Part shown: positions 61,401-64,000 of the stretch, piece after piece | How the letters are laid out: each line of letters opens with the position of its first letter | Position numbering within the stretch: the first letter of the stretch is position 1 | Assembly (NCBI GenBank): GCA_021296325.1 | Contig: JAGWAR010000004.1 | Coordinates: 53,126-117,125, forward strand | DNA length: 64,000 nt | DNA from: Alphaproteobacteria bacterium | GTDB taxonomy: Bacteria; Pseudomonadota; Alphaproteobacteria; GCA-2746255 | Reading direction: 5' to 3' | Notes under the pieces: generated by a model | The model's database searches: none | What the model saw: the letters and a program-made list of their open reading frames with translations, nothing else | What the model was told of the DNA's origin: nothing | Position numbers and translations under genes: made by a program

Positions 61401-63069
61401 ATTTGTAGCGCCCGTCCGTGTCCTTGAGTGCGATCCCGATCGGCGCGTAGTCGAGGATGCCCTGCAATTGCCGGTGGCTTTCCTTGAAGGCTTCCTCGGC
61501 CCGCTTGCGTTCGGTGATGTCCATGGCGATGGAGATGATCTCGTCGGGCTTGCCGTCGGTTCCCATCAGCGGAAATTTCGTCGCCAGCAGGGTGCGTTCC
61601 TCGCCCTTGAGGACGCGGACGGATTCGAAATTCTGCATCGGCTTGCCGCTTTGCAGCAGTTCCTTGTCCTCCCGCTCGATCTCGGCCAAGACCTCGGGGG
61701 ATTCGTGGAAACGGTCGACGGCCGTCTTGCCGACGACGTCTTCGCTTTTGATGCCCGAGCCCAGTTCGTACTGGCGGTTGAAGACCCGGTAGCGGCCGTC
61801 AGTCCCCTTGATGGTGATGTAGATCGGGCTGTAGTCGAGGATGCTCTGAAGGCGGCGTTGGCTTTCCTCAAGCGCCTCTTCGGCGGCGCGCCGTTCGGAG
61901 ATATCGATGGCGATGCCGCAAATCTCGTTCGGCTCGCCGTCCGGCCCGCGCAGCAGGAACTTCGTGACCAGCGCCGTTCGCTCCTTGTCGGGAAAGCCCC
62001 GCGTCGTCATGTATTTTTCAAGGGGACGGCCGGTCTTGAGAAGCGCCCGGTCCTCCCGCTTCGTCTGGGCGACGACGTCGGGCTGATCGGGGTAGCGTTC
62101 CTCGATCGTCTTGCCGATCAGCGCGGCGTTGGTCTGGCCCAAGAGCTCTTCGTAACGGCGGCTGAACAGCTTGTAATGGCCGTCGACGTCCTTGATCGAG
62201 ATCATCAGCGGGCTGTAATCGAGAATGCCCCGCAGGCGGCGGTTGCTTTCCTCAAGGGCGGCTTCCGTCTTCTTGCGCTGGGTGAGATCGTAGATCTGGC
62301 TGACGAAGTAGAGGGGGCTGCCCTCCGCGTCCCGGACCAGGCTCACGCTCAACAGGCCCCAGACGGCGTGGCCCGCCTTGTGGAGGTAGCGCTTCTCCAT
62401 CTGGTAGGTCGAGATGTCGCCGGCCAGCGTCTGGCGGAAATGGGCGAGGTCTTTCTCGAGGTCGTCCGGATGGGTAATCGCCTCAAAGTTCTTCGCCAAC
62501 AATTCCGCCTCGTCGTAGCCGGTGAACTCGCAAAGCGCACGGTTCACCTTTATGAATTTGCCTTCGGGATCGACCAGGGCAAAACCGTGGGGAGCCGCCT
62601 CGAAGGCGCTGCGGAAGCGTTCCTCGCTTTCGCGGAGCGCGCGTTCGGCGCGGGCCCGTTCCGTCAGGTTGGTGGCGGTCGAAAACAGGGCAAGGTCGTC
62701 GTTGTAGACGATGGGGTGGGTGGACAGCTGGGCGGAGAAAACCTCACCCGTGGCCGAACGGAGATCGAGGGGGAAGTCCTTGACGACGCCCTGTTTCTCG
62801 AGGGCGGCGACGAGGTGGTTCCGCCGCGCCGGGTCGACGTAGAAGTCCGTAACCTTGCGGCCGATCAGCTTTTCGACGGGCGTGGCGAAAAGCTGCCCGC
62901 CCGGTTCGTTCACGTAGAGGATCCTGCCGTCTTCGGCGCGCGAGATGAACAGCGGCACCGGCGCCGCATCGACGACGTTGCGCAAGCGCCGTTCGCTTTC
63001 GTCACGGCGACGGTCGCCCTTTCGGCGGCGCAGGTGGCTGTTCTGGAAATCCGCAGGCTGGGCTTTCAA
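58426..63069 (-). CDS. Hybrid sensor histidine kinase/response regulator with about nine PAS domains
   Basis: 1547 aa. Nine PAS cores counted by eye. H-box GGIAHDFNNLLGVV. HATPase (DTGIGI, GSGLGLS). C-terminal REC (ILVVEDDMEMR...LLFTDVVLP...LLTSGY). Confidence 0.9.
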   Translation of the reverse strand: MKAQPADFQNSHLRRRKGDRRRDESERRLRNVVDAAPVPLFISRAEDGRILYVNEPGGQLFATPVEKLIGRKVTDFYVDPARRNHLVAALEKQGVVKDFPLDLRSATGEVFSAQLSTHPIVYNDDLALFSTATNLTERARAERALRESEERFRSAFEAAPHGFALVDPEGKFIKVNRALCEFTGYDEAELLAKNFEAITHPDDLEKDLAHFRQTLAGDISTYQMEKRYLHKAGHAVWGLLSVSLVRDAEGSPLYFVSQIYDLTQRKKTEAALEESNRRLRGILDYSPLMISIKDVDGHYKLFSRRYEELLGQTNAALIGKTIEERYPDQPDVVAQTKREDRALLKTGRPLEKYMTTRGFPDKERTALVTKFLLRGPDGEPNEICGIAIDISERRAAEEALEESQRRLQSILDYSPIYITIKGTDGRYRVFNRQYELGSGIKSEDVVGKTAVDRFHESPEVLAEIEREDKELLQSGKPMQNFESVRVLKGEERTLLATKFPLMGTDGKPDEIISIAMDITERKRAEEAFKESHRQLQGILDYAPIGIALKDTDGRYKWVNRYYARLTGIPLPDAIVGKTAGDAFSASPIDTAFLEESRSSDKELLRTGKPLYQESFKCPHDGQTRTLQRTKFLILDENGKPSELCSIVHDITDRQKIEEALRANEEQFRLILESVGEGIYGLDLEGQGTFVNPAVAEMTGFAIEELIGQKLHPLIHHSYPDGRPYPAEACPMYRAFMDGTVHHRKDEVLWRKNGTSFPIEYTSTPLRKDGEVVGAVVTFSDVTERREAEKALQTSHLQLQGILNYAPFCVSLKDLEGRYKWVNRYYEDMLGLRSEDLVGKTAVEAYAKGPLTQDAAKRTHERDMEVARSSEPSYEQGIVQRMKDGKLHYFRRTKFALRDGDGNPTEICSIAMDITESAEMEQALRESEARFRNIAERAPVPISINRISDGTFLYANPAVAALHDVPGGKLTAAWKSPDFYQDPSDRVTIMKRLIREGHLHDVGVNLKKVDGTPISAVVSIARITFDNEDAVMNIVHDVTQIKAAEKALRESEARFRAVVEGSPLPLIIARTSDGCITYANTHVGTAFDTNPESLIGRPTMEFYQNPKERETIKELVEQTGNLTGYELEMKKADGTPISVLLSVHKVVYEGEEALLSGFHDITAFKQAEEQLRQATKMEAIGQLTGGIAHDFNNLLGVVIGNLELLDETARDEAIRNFVRRALGAADRGAALTQRLLAFSRKQALQPLPTNLNKLVSGMTELFEHSLSKVIEIKTRLTDDLWPAMVDPNQLESVILNLALNAQDAMPGGGTLTLTTENADIDAADAPDDKPASGRYVLLTVRDTGIGIPKHDQARVFDPFFTTKGVGKGSGLGLSVVYGFIRQSGGQIRIESALGEGTAIRVYLPAAAEGVEAAETTLPELQELEGNGETILVVEDDMEMRSMAKRMLTGLNYRVIEAEDAFAALKLLDSTPNIDLLFTDVVLPRGLNGVELAKKARARREGLKVLLTSGYVGEFPEPLDWGDLGTDLVEKPYRKRVLAMKIRETLAAA

Positions 63070-63331
63070 CGACCGCGTTCCGATGGTGGTGCAACGGCAA
63101 GGAACAAGGCCCCAGCTTGGCGCGGGGATGGCTAATTTCCCGTTAACGAAAGGGGTGGTTTTTCAACTTAAGGTTGCAATGCCGCCAGGCCGGCGGGGTC
63201 CGGACGGGCCGGCTTGGCGCATTGCGGCGCTTGGTGTAGGGTGCTCGACGCATGCGCTGAAAGACGCATTGGACGCCGCCGGCACGGGCCTTGAGGCCGG
63301 TGGCGGCGGGCCAACGTTAGGGGGAGACACC

Positions 63332-64000
63332 ATGCCGGTTCGCAAGCTCACGCACGTCCTTTATCTATTTTTCGCCTTCCTGTTCATCCTGGCCCCGACG
63401 CCGGCCCTCGCCGAAGAGGCGATGGTCAACGGTGCCAACACCGCCTGGATCCTGACAGCCACCGCGCTCGTGTTGTTCATGACGCTGCCGGGGCTTGCCC
63501 TTTTCTATGGCGGGCTGGTCCGGGCCGAGAACGTCCTTTCCGTTCTCATGCACTGTTTCGCGATCGCGTGTTTGATGTCCGTGCTCTGGGTCGTCTGCGC
63601 CTACAGCATCGCGTTCGGGGACGGGGGCGAAGCGAACGCCTGGTATGGCGGGTTCGGCAAGGCCTTCCTGGCCGGCGTGGGCCTGGAAGCCATGTCCGGG
63701 GATCTGCCGGAATCGCTGTTCATGATGTTCCAGATGACGTTTGCGATCATCACCCCGGCGCTGATCGTCGGGGCCTATGTGGAACGGATCAAGTTTTCGA
63801 CCGTGCTGGTGTTCAGCGGGATCTGGCTAGTGCTGGTCTACGCGCCGGTCGCCCATTGGATCTGGGGCGGCGGCTGGTTGGCCGAGATGGGCGTCATGGA
63901 TTTCGCCGGCGGGCTGGTCGTCCATGCGACGGCGGGCGCGACGGCGCTGGTGCTGGCGGCCATGCTGGGCGGTCGCAAGGGCTTTCCCGACGAGGTGAAG
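63332..64000 (+). CDS. amtB: Ammonium transporter (Amt family), N-terminal 223 codons; runs off the window end
   Basis: Hand-translated from ATG 63332 (RBS GGGGGAGA): MPVRKLTHVLYLFFAFLFILAPTPALAEE...NTAWILTATALVLFMTLPGLALFYGGLVR...MDFAGGLVVHATAG. Confidence 0.88.
   Translation, partial: MPVRKLTHVLYLFFAFLFILAPTPALAEEAMVNGANTAWILTATALVLFMTLPGLALFYGGLVRAENVLSVLMHCFAIACLMSVLWVVCAYSIAFGDGGEANAWYGGFGKAFLAGVGLEAMSGDLPESLFMMFQMTFAIITPALIVGAYVERIKFSTVLVFSGIWLVLVYAPVAHWIWGGGWLAEMGVMDFAGGLVVHATAGATALVLAAMLGGRKGFPDEVK

Noticed and set aside
59023-63135. 1370-aa plus-strand ORF, the second longest in the track
   Set aside because: It is exactly antisense to the PAS hybrid kinase, which has clear domain content. 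Its product is low-complexity and rich in Arg, Ala, Gly and Asp with no motifs. It is a typical stop-codon-poor antisense frame of a GC-rich gene.

Overview
GC-rich chromosomal segment with alphaproteobacterial synteny. The runs ispB-DUF2007-methyltransferase-glyQ-glyS-ppdK and hisG-hisD-UPF0262-LMW phosphatase-infA-maf-yacG-tRNA-Phe suggest a Rhodospirillales or Rhizobiales-like organism (inference). I support about 60 protein genes and three intact tRNAs (Pro-CGG, Thr-GGU, Phe-GAA). I saw no rRNA, CRISPR array, transposase or integrase. Because of the GC content the six-frame track is full of long antisense ORFs, up to 1370 aa, which I reject. Accessory modules sit between the housekeeping genes. 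(1) A tungsten module: tupB-tupC-moaA converging on an AorABC-type aldehyde:ferredoxin oxidoreductase operon that ends with two small proteins, both with C-terminal Gly-Gly. (2) A two-gene ergothioneine module, egtB-egtD. (3) A periplasmic LapG-like transglutaminase-like cysteine protease (BTLCP) divergent from a membrane receptor with a degenerate HD-GYP domain. (4) A five-gene soluble diiron monooxygenase cluster with no reductase or regulator, next to tRNA-Thr, which carries a nearby duplicate of its own 3-prime half. (5) An 18-kb signalling-rich block after tRNA-Phe. It holds a kinase, a response regulator and a REC-GGDEF gene split by an in-frame TGA. It also holds a TetR gene with duplicated operators in front of an RND/LolA-like/beta-barrel triad. 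It ends with a PilZ-methyltransferase fusion just downstream of a 1547-aa, roughly nine-PAS hybrid kinase. The best candidates for undescribed biology are the PilZ-methyltransferase locus and the BTLCP/degenerate HD-GYP pair. Next come the reductase-less monooxygenase cluster and the twin Gly-Gly proteins. All family assignments rest on motifs read by eye and recalled family features; no searches were run.
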